Shown piece after piece: positions 1 to 9,995 of a DNA stretch of 64,000 bases. The stretch comes from an uncultured delta proteobacterium (lineage in GTDB: Bacteria > Desulfobacterota > Binatia > HRBIN30 > BPIQ01): positions 224,001 to 288,000 of the forward strand of contig CAVXGR010000012.1 of assembly GCA_963761335.1 (NCBI GenBank), in the 5' to 3' direction. A model generated the notes under the pieces. That model had not been told where the DNA came from, searched no databases, and was given only the letters and a program-made list of their open reading frames with translations. Made by a program: the position numbers and the translations under genes. Numbering within the stretch: position 1 is the stretch's first letter; each line of letters opens with the position of its first letter.

Positions 1-2380
1 CGAATTGTCGGAGACGCCACTCTTCCGTCCCGAGAGCGCGCCGGATCGTTCCGGATCGCGGCATCGCCGTGGCCATCTGCCGGAGAATGGCTGCCGATCG
101 AGAGCTGTCGCCTGCGGGCGCCGGCGTGGAATCGGCGGCCGCTGAGTTGCGGCGCCGCAGCAGGGCGGTGGCGAAGTCGTCCGCCGCCGGCGCCCATCGA
201 TCGCCGCCGGAGTCCGCGGTGAGCTCCGCAGCCAGGCGCGCGCTCCAGGCGCGGCGGCCGGCCTGCTCCATGGCGAGCGCCATACGCCAGAGGCCGGCGT
301 CATCGCTTCCTCCGAGCGCCCGTACGTCGCCGTAGCTGGCGCCGGCCGCGACCAGCGAAACCACCGCTGCGGACAGCCGCTCCGGCTCCAGGGCGACGGC
401 GCGCCGAAGCGCCTGGCGCGCCACCTCCTCGAGCGGCGCCAGGTTCTCCCCCTGCAGGCGCACCCCCCCGGCACCCTGCATCTGCCGCAGCGCCCAGTCG
501 CCGAGAGCGAAATGGAGCTCGGCGTTGCGCGGCTCCAGATCGGCGGCGTCTCGATACAGGAGGAGGGTCAGCGCCTGCGGATCGTCGGCGACGGGGAAGC
601 GGAGGAGCGCCGCGGGCTGGAACGGCGTGGCGCCGAACACGTCCTCGATGCCGGAAAGCCCGGCGAACAGCGACGCCAGCTGGCGCCGGTCGTCGGCGCT
701 GCTGCGGTCCTCTGCCAGAGCCTCGAGGGTGACGGCGGTGGCGCGTACGTAGAGAGCCTGGGCCACGCGCGCCCGGCGCTCGGCGGAGTCGAGAGCCTGG
801 CCGCTCAAATCGATTCCCGGCGCCCAGGCACGCCGCCCCGCCTCGCCGAGCAGCTGGCCGAGCCGCGCCTGGTACTCGGCGACAGCGGGCTCGAGAGCAC
901 TGGCAGCTTCGAGACCCTCGGCTGCCGGCGACCAGTCGAGAAGGGCCGCCGACACCGGCCGGGTGCGCGACGCCAGACGGCTCGCCTGCAGAGCGGCGGT
1001 CGAATCGACGATCAGCACGACGCCGATGGCGACGGCGCCGCCGACCAGCAGGCTCGCCTGCAACGGCGATGCCGGTCGCCGCGTGGCGCGCGGCCGGCGA
1101 GCCGCGATCGCCAGCGCCGCCAGCAGAGCGCCGAGAGCGCCGACGGCGGGAATCCGCACGCCGAAGTCGAGGAGAGAGCCGACCAGCAGGGCCACCACTC
1201 CCGCCTCGGCGGCGGTGCCGAGCTGCACGGGCTCCCCTGCTTGCGCGGCGCGCGACGAGACCACGGCCCGCCACCAGCGCCCCAGCATCCAGGCGACCAG
1301 CAGCACACCGGCGGCGCCCATCTCGACGGCGAGCTGCAGCGGCTCGCTGTGCGCGTAGTCGACCAGCACCCCGGTGGGGACGGCATCGCCAACGAAGCGG
1401 CGCGTGCCTTCGAGAAAGGTGCCCAGCCCGGAGCCGAAGAGAGGGACCTGCATCGCGGCGCGCGCCGCCGAGCGCCAGAACGCCAGGCGCATGTCGCCCA
1501 GAGGATCGATCCACACCGCCGACAGGCGCGCCGCCAGACCCGAGCCTCCGGCCCAGAGCAGCGCCGCCACCAGGGCGAGCGCCGCCGCGCAGCTGGCGCT
1601 CCACAGCCGGCGGCGGCGTCCGCCGGCGGCGCGCGCCGTGAAGTAGCCGAGGCCGGCGAGACCGGCCATGAGCCCGCCGCGCGAGAAGGTGAGGCCCAGC
1701 GCCGCCGCGAGAAACGGCAGTGCGGCGACCGAGACGAGGGCCAGCCAGGAGCCGCGACGCCGCACCGAGAGCGCTCCCGCCACGCCCAGGGGGAGAAGCG
1801 CTGCCAGCCAGTCGGCGAAGTGGTTCGGGTTCACGAGAGGACCGCGGGCGCGGTCGTCGGCGATGCCCGGCAGCAGCGGGAACACGCTACCCGGCGCCAG
1901 GACGTTCCATATGCTCCCGGCGGCGATCACCGCCGCGCCGGCCAGCAGCAACGTCGCCACCGCCGCCGCCGAGCGCCGCTCGATGGAGCACAGGGCCGCG
2001 ACGAAGATCAAGGCCACCGCCACCAGCATGCGCAGCGCCTCCGCCGTGGCTCCGGAGTTGAGAGTCAGCGGCAGCCAGCCGTGCACGAGCGGCACGCGCA
2101 GCGAAACCTCCGGCGCTCCGCCCAGCGCCACCCGCAGCCACGGCGGCAGCGGTATCAGCTGGGCCACGGCAAGCGCCGCGAGCAACCAGAGCGGCAGCGC
2201 CAGGCGCAGCGCCCCCAGAGGCGCCTCGAGGTCGCGCAGCGAGGAGATCGCCATCCCCAGCGTCAGCAGTGCCGCCCCCACCGCGAGGATCTCCACGCCG
2301 GCGGGAGTGACGCCGCCGTACGGCAGCATGAGCAGCAGCACCAGGCCGAGCACGCCGTCGCGCAGATAGAGCCGCACCAT
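1..2380 (-). CDS. O-antigen ligase/Wzy-like polymerase family membrane protein with C-terminal TPR-like region; 3' end runs off the window
   Basis: Manual translation from ATG 2380: MVRLYLRDGVLGLVLLLMLPYGG...ARGPLVNPNHFADWL, with many TM segments. Absent from the ORF track, presumably because no stop lies inside the window. Located in the EPS locus. Confidence 0.75.
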   Translation of the reverse strand, partial: MVRLYLRDGVLGLVLLLMLPYGGVTPAGVEILAVGAALLTLGMAISSLRDLEAPLGALRLALPLWLLAALAVAQLIPLPPWLRVALGGAPEVSLRVPLVHGWLPLTLNSGATAEALRMLVAVALIFVAALCSIERRSAAAVATLLLAGAAVIAAGSIWNVLAPGSVFPLLPGIADDRARGPLVNPNHFADWLAALLPLGVAGALSVRRRGSWLALVSVAALPFLAAALGLTFSRGGLMAGLAGLGYFTARAAGGRRRRLWSASCAAALALVAALLWAGGSGLAARLSAVWIDPLGDMRLAFWRSAARAAMQVPLFGSGLGTFLEGTRRFVGDAVPTGVLVDYAHSEPLQLAVEMGAAGVLLVAWMLGRWWRAVVSSRAAQAGEPVQLGTAAEAGVVALLVGSLLDFGVRIPAVGALGALLAALAIAARRPRATRRPASPLQASLLVGGAVAIGVVLIVDSTAALQASRLASRTRPVSAALLDWSPAAEGLEAASALEPAVAEYQARLGQLLGEAGRRAWAPGIDLSGQALDSAERRARVAQALYVRATAVTLEALAEDRSSADDRRQLASLFAGLSGIEDVFGATPFQPAALLRFPVADDPQALTLLLYRDAADLEPRNAELHFALGDWALRQMQGAGGVRLQGENLAPLEEVARQALRRAVALEPERLSAAVVSLVAAGASYGDVRALGGSDDAGLWRMALAMEQAGRRAWSARLAAELTADSGGDRWAPAADDFATALLRRRNSAAADSTPAPAGDSSRSAAILRQMATAMPRSGTIRRALGTEEWRLRQF

Positions 2381-2429
2381 TCCGCCACCGATGCGGCGCT
2401 CGTATGCCGCGGTGCGCTCCAAGGCCTTC

Positions 2430-3347
2430 TCAGTAGTAGGAGTAGCGATAGTGCCCGTGATAGGCGGCGCCGGTGCCGCTCTCGACGCCGTTCAACACCG
2501 CCCCGAGCAGCTTGGCGTCCACTGCCGCCAGCTCGGCGTGCGCCTGCTGGATGGCGTCGCGCGGGTACTGGCCGACGCGGACGACCAGCAGGACGCCGTC
2601 CACCTGCGCCGCCAGCACCGTGGGATCGGCGACCGAGAGCACCGGCGGCGTGTCGTAGACGATCAGGTCGAACTCCTCGGCCAGCGATTCCATCAACGGC
2701 CGCAAGCTGTTGCCACAGAGCACTTCGGCAGCCGCGCTGGGCTCGCCGCCCGCCGGCAGCAGCTTCAGGTTGGCGATCGGCGTCGCCGCCAGGAACGGCT
2801 CCGCCGCACCGCGGCGGAGGCCGGCCTCCCCCATCTGCAGCAAGGTCGCCAGGCCGCGCTCGGCCGGGGCGCCGAAGATGGCGTGCAGCCGCGGCCGATG
2901 CAGGTCCGCGTCGACCAGCAGGACCCGATGGCCGGCGCGCGCTACCGCCGCGGCGGTGTTTGCCGCCACCGTCGTCTTTCCCTCGCCAGGCCCGGTGCTG
3001 GTGATCTGTAGGTGGCGCAGGTTGCCGTCGCGCACCGCCAGCAGCAGCTGCGTGCGCAGGCTGCGAAAGGCCTCGCCGGCCGCCGAGCGGGCGTGGTCGC
3101 CGACCAGCACGACGGGCGGCGTCGCCGACTCCGCCGGCGGCAGGGCCGCCGGCATGCGTCGCGCCTGCGGCGGCGCCGGCGGCGCCGCGCTCAGCACCCC
3201 CGAGGTAGTCGCCAGGCGCCGCTGCCGCAGACTGGTGAGCGACAGCACGATGACGCTGGCCAGCGCCCCGGCGAGCAGAGCCGCGGTGAGCGCCGCCGAC
3301 GGCAGCGTCCCAACCACCCCCAACAGATCCGTGATCGCCTTTTCCAT
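2430..3347 (-). CDS. CpsD/CapB-family bacterial tyrosine (BY) kinase
   Basis: EAFRSLRT, Walker A GPGEGKTT, LLVDADLHRP, YDTPP and C-terminal Tyr cluster YHGHYRYSYY. Confidence 0.92.
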   Translation of the reverse strand: MEKAITDLLGVVGTLPSAALTAALLAGALASVIVLSLTSLRQRRLATTSGVLSAAPPAPPQARRMPAALPPAESATPPVVLVGDHARSAAGEAFRSLRTQLLLAVRDGNLRHLQITSTGPGEGKTTVAANTAAAVARAGHRVLLVDADLHRPRLHAIFGAPAERGLATLLQMGEAGLRRGAAEPFLAATPIANLKLLPAGGEPSAAAEVLCGNSLRPLMESLAEEFDLIVYDTPPVLSVADPTVLAAQVDGVLLVVRVGQYPRDAIQQAHAELAAVDAKLLGAVLNGVESGTGAAYHGHYRYSYY

Positions 3348-3374
3348 GTGCTCCTCGCGACCGGCGCGAACGCC

Positions 3375-4766
3375 TCAGCCGCGCTCCCCGCGCAGCCCCG
3401 CCGTCAGCGGAATCATGGCGACGACCTTGAGGCCGGTGAGGGCGACGACGTCGTCGGCGTTGCGCACGGTGTTGTCCATGTACTCGGCAAAGAACGCGAA
3501 GGCCCCGCCGAGAAGGAGGCTGAGCAGCAGGCCGACGGCCAGGTTCAACGGCTTGTTCGGCTTCGCCGGCGCCAGCGGCACGGTCGCCTCCTCGACGACG
3601 CGCACGTTGCTCGCCGGGAGCCCTCCTTCCAGCGAGGTTTCCTTCACTCGCTTGAGGAGCAGGTTGTAGAGCTCCTGCGTGGTGTCGGCCTCGCGCTTGA
3701 GAACGCCGTAGTCGATCTGCTTCTTCGCCAGACCCTGCACCTCTCCCTTATACTGGTTGACGGCCGCGAGCATGGCGTCCTCGCGGGCCCGCAGCGAGCT
3801 GTACTCGGTCTCCGTGGAGCGCACGATGCGCGACACCTCGGCGCCGATCTCGGAATTGATCTTGTCGATCTGCGAGCGCACCTTGAGCACCTGCGGGTGC
3901 TTGTCGGTGTAGGTCTGCTTCAGCTCCGAAAGGCGCACCTGCAGGGCGATCATATCGCCGCGCAGCTTCTGGATGAGGGTGTTCTGCACGATCACCGGGG
4001 CCGCCTCGAGCTGACTGCGGTCCTGCAAGGCACGGCGCAGCTCGACGAGCTGGGCCTCCAGCTCCAGGCGCCGCGCCTTGGCGGCGATGTACTCGGAGTT
4101 GAACTCCTCGAGCTTCTTGACGGTGATGTCCTCCTTCTCCTCCACCGCGATCAGCCCCGCCTTCTCCTTGTATCGCTGCAGCGCCACCTCGGCGTCCTGC
4201 GCCTTGGACTTCACTTCGACCAGGTTGTCGCTGAGCCAGCTCACCGCCTGCCGCGCCATGTCGCGCCGTGAGGCGATGGTCTCCTCGACGTACAGCGAGG
4301 CGAAGAGGTTCGCCGTCTGCGCCGCCATCTGCGGGTCGCGGTCCTCGACGGAGATGCCCACCAGACGGCTGTTGCGGACCGGCTCGATGGTGACGCCGCG
4401 CAGAAACGCCGCCACCGGATCGGTCGCCTTGGCCAGCTCCGGGCGCCTCGCGGGCAGGCCGAGCTGGGCCATCACCTTCTCCACCAGCGGGCGGCTGCGC
4501 ATGATCTCGTACTGCGTCTGGTAGTAGTCCTGAGTCGCGTTGAGCGGCGCCACCTCCTGAAAGGAGACGACGCGCGGCGCCTCGTGCTCGATCAGCACCT
4601 TGGCCGTGGCCTGGTATTTCGGCGTTTGCAGAAAGGTGCCGACGGCGACCGTGCCGCATACGCCGATCACGGCGGTGGCGAAGATCCAGCGGCGCCGCCA
4701 CAGGACCGCGAGATAATCGCGGAGGTGTCGGCTCACGGCGGAGGAGCTCAGCTCGGTCAAGTTCAT
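3375..4766 (-). CDS. Polysaccharide co-polymerase (GumC/Wzc N-terminal type)
   Basis: LRDYLAVLWRRRW, PKYQATA, coiled coil with YTDKHPQV, PAKPNKPLNLAVG and a second TM helix; start taken at MNLTEL. Confidence 0.9.
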   Translation of the reverse strand: MNLTELSSSAVSRHLRDYLAVLWRRRWIFATAVIGVCGTVAVGTFLQTPKYQATAKVLIEHEAPRVVSFQEVAPLNATQDYYQTQYEIMRSRPLVEKVMAQLGLPARRPELAKATDPVAAFLRGVTIEPVRNSRLVGISVEDRDPQMAAQTANLFASLYVEETIASRRDMARQAVSWLSDNLVEVKSKAQDAEVALQRYKEKAGLIAVEEKEDITVKKLEEFNSEYIAAKARRLELEAQLVELRRALQDRSQLEAAPVIVQNTLIQKLRGDMIALQVRLSELKQTYTDKHPQVLKVRSQIDKINSEIGAEVSRIVRSTETEYSSLRAREDAMLAAVNQYKGEVQGLAKKQIDYGVLKREADTTQELYNLLLKRVKETSLEGGLPASNVRVVEEATVPLAPAKPNKPLNLAVGLLLSLLLGGAFAFFAEYMDNTVRNADDVVALTGLKVVAMIPLTAGLRGERG

Positions 4767-4797
4767 CTCGTCCCTCGAAAAGGTCTCTGGCGCTTTC

Positions 4798-5421
4798 TCA
4801 GAAGAAGCTCTCGGGCACCACGACCTTGTCGTTGGGCTCGAGAACGATGTCGCGGCTCTGGTCGCCGTCCATGATGTCGCCGACCGGAACCTCAATGGTG
4901 GTCTCCTTGCCGCCGCTGTTGCGGATCACGCGGGTGCGGTTCGGCGCCGCCTTGTCGGTGAGCCCGCCGGCGATGCTCACCGCCTCGAGCACGGTCGTGC
5001 GCTTCTCCAGCGGAAATGATCCGGGCTTGTTCACCTGGCCGAGAACCGAAAAGCGCTGCCGAAACTGCTGCATCGAAACGCTCACCTGCGGATTCACCAG
5101 GTACTCGGCAAAGCGCCGGCGCAGGTCCGTCTCCAGCTGCGTCGCCGTGCGCCCGGCGGCGTCGACGCGGCCGATCAGGGGCAGCGTGAGGTCGCCCTCG
5201 GCGGCAACGGTGTACTCGCGCGACAGATCCGCCTGCCCGTATACGTTGATCTGCACGTGATCGCCGGGGCCGATGAGATAGGTGGTGCGCACCGGCGCCG
5301 CTGCGGCTTCAGTCGCCGGCGCCGGGGCAGAGGCGGCGCAGCCGCCGGCGCCCAACGACATCAGCATCGCCAGGGTCACCAGCATGCAGCGCCCTCGCCA
5401 GGCAGTGCCGCTCGCCTTCAT
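4798..5421 (-). CDS. OPX/Wza-family polysaccharide export lipoprotein (short form)
   Basis: Lipobox-like GGC, YLIGPGD, LPLIGRV..AG.T..L (Poly_export domain), one SLBB domain, ends VVVPESFF. Confidence 0.9.
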   Translation of the reverse strand: MKASGTAWRGRCMLVTLAMLMSLGAGGCAASAPAPATEAAAAPVRTTYLIGPGDHVQINVYGQADLSREYTVAAEGDLTLPLIGRVDAAGRTATQLETDLRRRFAEYLVNPQVSVSMQQFRQRFSVLGQVNKPGSFPLEKRTTVLEAVSIAGGLTDKAAPNRTRVIRNSGGKETTIEVPVGDIMDGDQSRDIVLEPNDKVVVPESFF

Positions 5422-5470
5422 TGCGCGCTCTCTTCCTTCATCTCATCCACGATCATCCGTTCATCCACGA

Positions 5471-6511
5471 TCATCCACCGACGTGCAGGCCTCGCAGCAG
5501 CGGCCCGATGCCGCTCGCCTGAAGCAGCTGCCGCTGCATCCGGCGCAGCGCCGGCGAGATCCCGCAGAGGCGGGCGGCAATTCCGCCGTCCGCCGTCGCC
5601 GCGTCGATGCCGAGGCGCGGCAGGCTGTAGGGCGACTGCCGGCGCCACGCATACAATCCCGACTCGGCCGTGGTCGCCCCGGTGACGAAGCCCGCCTCGG
5701 CGCACAGGGCAAACTCTCGCCGCCCCGCCGCCGCCGCGGTACCGAAGGGATAGGCGAAGTGCACCACCGGGCGGCCGATCTCCTTCTCCAGAGCGCGGCG
5801 GCTGCCGGTGATCTCGGCGGCGGCCTCGGCGGCGGGAAGAGCGCTGAGCCACGGATGGCTGACGGTGTGTGCGCCGACCTCCACGTTGGCGCACGCCGCC
5901 AGCTGCTGCAGCAACGCGGGAGTCATCGCCGCCGCCGCCGAGATCCCCGCGAAGTCCGTGCCGCAGCGCCCCTCGAGCTCCCGGATGAGCGCCTCCCGCC
6001 GGCGCCGGTCGCTGTGGCCGAGCAGCGCCTCGATGCCCCGATAGGCGCGCCGTTTCTCCGCCGTCGAGCAGCTTCGCCAGCGCCGCTCGCCGCGTCCGTC
6101 GTCGAGGCAGATCTCGTCGGCGACGGCGATCGCCCGTGCGAGGCCGAGCCACCACATCACCGCCGTTCCGAAGACGAAGCCGCTGGCGGCGAAGACCGTG
6201 AGTGGCACCCCCAGCTCGGCGCAGAGCGGCTGGGCCGTCTCGACGGTGTCGCGATAGCCGTCGTCGAAGGTGAGACAGACGAACTTGCCGGCGCTGCCGA
6301 GACCGCGGCGCCGCCGCCTCTCCGCCTCCCCCAGGGAGACGATGTCGCACCCGGCGTCGCGCACGCCTCGCACCAGCCGGCGAAAGGCCGCGGGGGTGAT
6401 CGAGAGAGCGCGGGTCGGGCAGAAGCCGCCGCTCGGCGCCTCCGGCAGAAGGCGGTGAAAGGTCAGGATGACGCCGCCGGCGGCGCCGATGTCCCAGGCC
6501 GCGGCGTTCAC
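5471..6511 (-). CDS. Polysaccharide deacetylase (NodB-like)
   Basis: LTFHR, CLTFDDGYRD, VGAHTVSHP, FAYPFG; GTG start overlaps the upstream stop (GTGA). Confidence 0.88.
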   Translation of the reverse strand: MNAAAWDIGAAGGVILTFHRLLPEAPSGGFCPTRALSITPAAFRRLVRGVRDAGCDIVSLGEAERRRRRGLGSAGKFVCLTFDDGYRDTVETAQPLCAELGVPLTVFAASGFVFGTAVMWWLGLARAIAVADEICLDDGRGERRWRSCSTAEKRRAYRGIEALLGHSDRRRREALIRELEGRCGTDFAGISAAAAMTPALLQQLAACANVEVGAHTVSHPWLSALPAAEAAAEITGSRRALEKEIGRPVVHFAYPFGTAAAAGRREFALCAEAGFVTGATTAESGLYAWRRQSPYSLPRLGIDAATADGGIAARLCGISPALRRMQRQLLQASGIGPLLRGLHVGG

Positions 6512-7635
6512 GCCGCCCTCCGCATCCGCCGCACGAGCCGCAGCCCGCCGGTGACCAACGGCGCCCCCTGCAGGGCGCGACTGCCACTCACCCGCGCGGC
6601 GTAGAGCCGCCCGCGCCAGCTGCACGCCTGCACCAGATCAAAGAGGGCGAGGTGCTGGTTGCACCACTCCGCCTTGTAGGGCTCGTCGCCGCCAGTGAAG
6701 TCGAAGCATTCCAGACCCTGCTCCACACACCAGCGCAGCAGCTCCTGCATGAGCAGCCGCCCGGGTGCATATCGCCGGGCGGCGCCGTCCGTGTAGGACG
6801 GCATCAGCCAGTAGAAACGGCCGCGGTGCACGAGTCCGCAGTGGGCCGCGAGCAGCTCGCCGCCGACCTCGAGAGCGGCGGCGTGCAACGCCGCGCCGGG
6901 ATCGCCGGCGAGTCGCCGGTAGAAGTCCGCCACGCCCGGCATGGCGAAGACGTCGGCGGCGCCGGTCTCGCGATAGCGCCGGCGCTTCTGGGCCATCATC
7001 GTCTCGACGATCGCCCGCGCCTCCTGCGGCGAGCGCGCCAGCCGCAGCCGAAGCTCGCCGCGCTCCTCCAGGCGCCGTCGCTTGCGCCGGTCGCTGGCCC
7101 GCCGCCGGCGGCCCACCCGCTTCTCGTACAGCTCCGGCCACGCCCCGTCCAGGCGAGCGGCATGCGCCGTCCCGCCACCTCGCGCGCCGGGCTGATCGAC
7201 GAACGGGTTGCGGCGTCCGGCGATGGTCTCCGGCTGCCTTTCGAAATGGATCACGTCGCAGTCGGGGGCGTGCTCCATCACCCCGATCCAGAGCTGGCGC
7301 AGGAGCGCCGCGTCCGCGGCGGCCGGCCAGCGCGCCCCGAGCAGCGGCGCCTGGTAATCGCTCAGCACACCGCCGAGCCAGACGAGACGGGTGACCCAGC
7401 CGAGCGACTGACGACCGAGGGGCAGCAGCAAGAGCGGCTCGCCGTCTCCGGCATCGACGCAGATGAGGACGGGCTCGATGCCGGCGGCACGGCCCACGGT
7501 CTCGCACCACGCCGCCAGCCAATCGAAGGTCTGGAAGACGTAGAGGTCGCCCGCTTCCTCGATGCGCCGCCACGCCGGCTCGGCCTGGGCGAAGGAGGCG
7601 AGCCTGCTGATCCGCAGCAAGTCCCGCCCCCTCAC
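6508..7635 (-). CDS. GNAT family (CelD/BcsL-like) acetyltransferase
   Basis: VFQTFDWL..W, LSDYQAPL, RYAPGRLLM, FDFTGGDEPYK. Confidence 0.88.
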   Translation of the reverse strand: MRGRDLLRISRLASFAQAEPAWRRIEEAGDLYVFQTFDWLAAWCETVGRAAGIEPVLICVDAGDGEPLLLLPLGRQSLGWVTRLVWLGGVLSDYQAPLLGARWPAAADAALLRQLWIGVMEHAPDCDVIHFERQPETIAGRRNPFVDQPGARGGGTAHAARLDGAWPELYEKRVGRRRRASDRRKRRRLEERGELRLRLARSPQEARAIVETMMAQKRRRYRETGAADVFAMPGVADFYRRLAGDPGAALHAAALEVGGELLAAHCGLVHRGRFYWLMPSYTDGAARRYAPGRLLMQELLRWCVEQGLECFDFTGGDEPYKAEWCNQHLALFDLVQACSWRGRLYAARVSGSRALQGAPLVTGGLRLVRRMRRAA

Positions 7636-8870
7636 ATGGTCAGCAGGACGCGCAGCACGACGCGGTTGTTGGTGTAGTCGAATGCCGCCGTGTTCGAGTC
7701 GCGCCTCTCGAAGAGGTACTCGCCGCTGACCCCGAGATAGTCGCGAATCTGATAGTGCACCCCCGCGCCGGCGGCGTAGACGTCGTCGTTGCGCGACGAG
7801 GTCTGGTAGTCGTGGTTGGAGATGCCGCTCTCGGCGAACACGCGGATCTTGCCGGCATGGCCGAGAACCTGGTCGAGCCGCAGCACCGCTCCCTCGTTGA
7901 CGTAGAAATCATCCGGTCCACCGATGGCGCGGAAGGAGCTTTCCGGGGCGCTGCGGTCGACGAGCACGGTCAGCAGGGTGCGGTCGGTGGGCTGAAACGC
8001 CAGGCGACCGGACGCGATCAGGCCGGTGAAGTCCTTCTGTGTCGGGTTGTCGAACTGCTTGGTCCCGTAGCCCACCTTCACCAGTGCGTTCATCTTCGAG
8101 GTGATATCGCCGCGCACGCCCACCTGGCCCTGGTGAATCTCGTTGTCGCGCACGGCGGCGGTGCCGTCGTTGAAATAGTTGGTGGTTCCGTAGCCGTACT
8201 CGACCAGCAGCGCCGTCTTCGGCAGGACCCGGTAGTACGCGTCGGCGGTGGCCAGCTGCTCCATGCGGCTCAGGGTGACGTCGAAGTCCGCCGGCGGCTG
8301 CCCGGGGTTCTGAAAGGTGCCGCTGTCGTAGTCGTAGACCGTGTTGGCGTAGCCGACGGCGACCGACCAGCGATCGGCGAAGGCGTACTCCACCTCCAGG
8401 TTGGCGTCGTTCTGAATGCGGCCGATGAGCGGCTCCTGCTCGGTGTCCGGGCGATCGTTGGTGCGCTTCACTTCATCGAAGGCCGCCCACGACAGCCCTC
8501 CCGGATAGCTCCCCTTGCCCTGCACGCGACCGGTATGGCGGATGTTGCTCTCGTCGAGGTCGGCGTACTCGATGATGTCGGCGCGATAGCCGACGTCGAT
8601 CTCCTGGCGGCCGAAGGGCAGCTGGAACAGCACGCCCGGGCTGACCACGGTGATGAAATCGTCACGCGTCGCCGTCGGCGTCAGGAAGACGTTGTCGTCG
8701 TAGATCTCCATCACGTACAGGAATGGATGGACGCGGACCGGGCCGGCCTTGAGGTTGCTTTTCCCCGCCCGGAACTCCTGCACCGGCACCTGCGCGCCGA
8801 CCCGAGATGCCGCCGCGGCACAGAGGAGCATTGCCGCCAGAGATACCACTGATGCCTTCCGCATGCGCAC
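7632..8870 (-). CDS. Outer-membrane beta-barrel protein associated with polysaccharide export
   Basis: Signal peptide, YDDNVF motif, alternating beta-strand pattern, C-terminal RDSN...DYTNNRV. Confidence 0.85.
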   Translation of the reverse strand: MRMRKASVVSLAAMLLCAAAASRVGAQVPVQEFRAGKSNLKAGPVRVHPFLYVMEIYDDNVFLTPTATRDDFITVVSPGVLFQLPFGRQEIDVGYRADIIEYADLDESNIRHTGRVQGKGSYPGGLSWAAFDEVKRTNDRPDTEQEPLIGRIQNDANLEVEYAFADRWSVAVGYANTVYDYDSGTFQNPGQPPADFDVTLSRMEQLATADAYYRVLPKTALLVEYGYGTTNYFNDGTAAVRDNEIHQGQVGVRGDITSKMNALVKVGYGTKQFDNPTQKDFTGLIASGRLAFQPTDRTLLTVLVDRSAPESSFRAIGGPDDFYVNEGAVLRLDQVLGHAGKIRVFAESGISNHDYQTSSRNDDVYAAGAGVHYQIRDYLGVSGEYLFERRDSNTAAFDYTNNRVVLRVLLTM

Positions 8871-8893
8871 AGATCCTTTCGCGGTTGCCCGGC

Positions 8894-9715
8894 CTACATG
8901 AGCAGCGGCCGGCTGGGGCTCACCGAGTGGCGCGGCGGCGGCTTGAAGCTCGGTGGCGGCGCCAGCGGGAAGAGAGGCGGCGCCTCGGGAGCCGGGGGCG
9001 CCTCGACCAGCGCCGGCGGCGGAGGCGGTGCCTTCTCCTCGGCGGCCGGCAGGACGGCGACGCGCTCGGGGTAGGCGACGTTCATGCAGATCTGGCGAAT
9101 CACCAGATTTCCCTGGTCGTCGAAGAAGCCGACCTCGCCCTGCTTCACGACCTGGTAGAAGCCGCTGTTCAGCTGCGGCGCGCCGTTGCGATAGGAGCGC
9201 AGCAGGCGGCCGGTGCGCACCGTGGAGGTATTCTCGATAGGGCCCGGGTGCAGGCTGCGGATGAACGCCAGCGCCAGCTGCGGATCCGGCTGGGGGATCC
9301 AGCCGGCGTCATAGAGAGCCTGGGCGTACTGCTCCGCGGTTGCGTTGACCTTGTGCTCCTCGATCATGCGGGCCAGGTCCGCCGGCGTCTGCGCGGGCTT
9401 CTTCCAGGGGCTGAGCCCCATCGGCTGCGAATAGTATGTCCGCCGGTCGTACTCGGTGTCCGAGGACACCGCCGGCGAGGCGACGGCGACCGCCGCCAGC
9501 AGCAGTACCGGAATCAGCGCCGCGCATGCCGCACCGAGCAGGTGACTGGGCAGGTTGCAAGGCGAAACGCAGGTCGCGCCTCGCGGCCGGGGGGTCTCTG
9601 TCGAGGTGCTCGCCTGTCCCCGTCGCTGCAATCGGGTGCGAGCGGCTATGAAGCGGCCGACCAGCGTAGCTTTCAACCTAACCGAACCGTCTGGTAAGGC
9701 AAACAAAAACGACAT
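8894..9715 (-). CDS. Hypothetical exported protein with Pro-rich C-terminus; start uncertain
   Basis: Hydrophobic signal-like stretch LIPVLLLAAVAVASPA, co-oriented with the EPS genes and ending 24 bp before the barrel gene. Confidence 0.55.
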   Translation of the reverse strand: MSFLFALPDGSVRLKATLVGRFIAARTRLQRRGQASTSTETPRPRGATCVSPCNLPSHLLGAACAALIPVLLLAAVAVASPAVSSDTEYDRRTYYSQPMGLSPWKKPAQTPADLARMIEEHKVNATAEQYAQALYDAGWIPQPDPQLALAFIRSLHPGPIENTSTVRTGRLLRSYRNGAPQLNSGFYQVVKQGEVGFFDDQGNLVIRQICMNVAYPERVAVLPAAEEKAPPPPPALVEAPPAPEAPPLFPLAPPPSFKPPPRHSVSPSRPLLM

Positions 9716-9995
9716 CGCTGTTCACCATGACAAGCCAAAGCGCGGCGACCATACACTGTGGCCGAGGGGGCGGGAAGAGACGAAATGCCAGTCGGTTGCC
9801 GGGGTTGCCGAGCTTGTGGGTTCGCCGCTTCTAGCCTTGGGCTAGCCCAGGGCTACCGGCATTGGGGCTAGGTCGGGCGTCGGGGTTCGGCCGCGGATGC
9901 CGCCGGAGGCAGCAAGGAGTCCACCGAGACGCGGACGTCGGGAAACGCAAGCAGCGCGATTTGCTCGCCTCGACCCGACCCGGTCATCGAAAAGA

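Noticed and set aside
512..3004. 830-aa plus-strand ORF and similar long antisense ORFs (e.g. 32151-34097, 38772-40670, 48041-50548)
   Set aside because: Stop-poor shadows of GC-rich genes on the opposite strand, with no motifs.
5440..5480. catccacgatcatcc duplication between the deacetylase and OPX genes
   Set aside because: A two-copy short duplication with no further structure; probably slippage.
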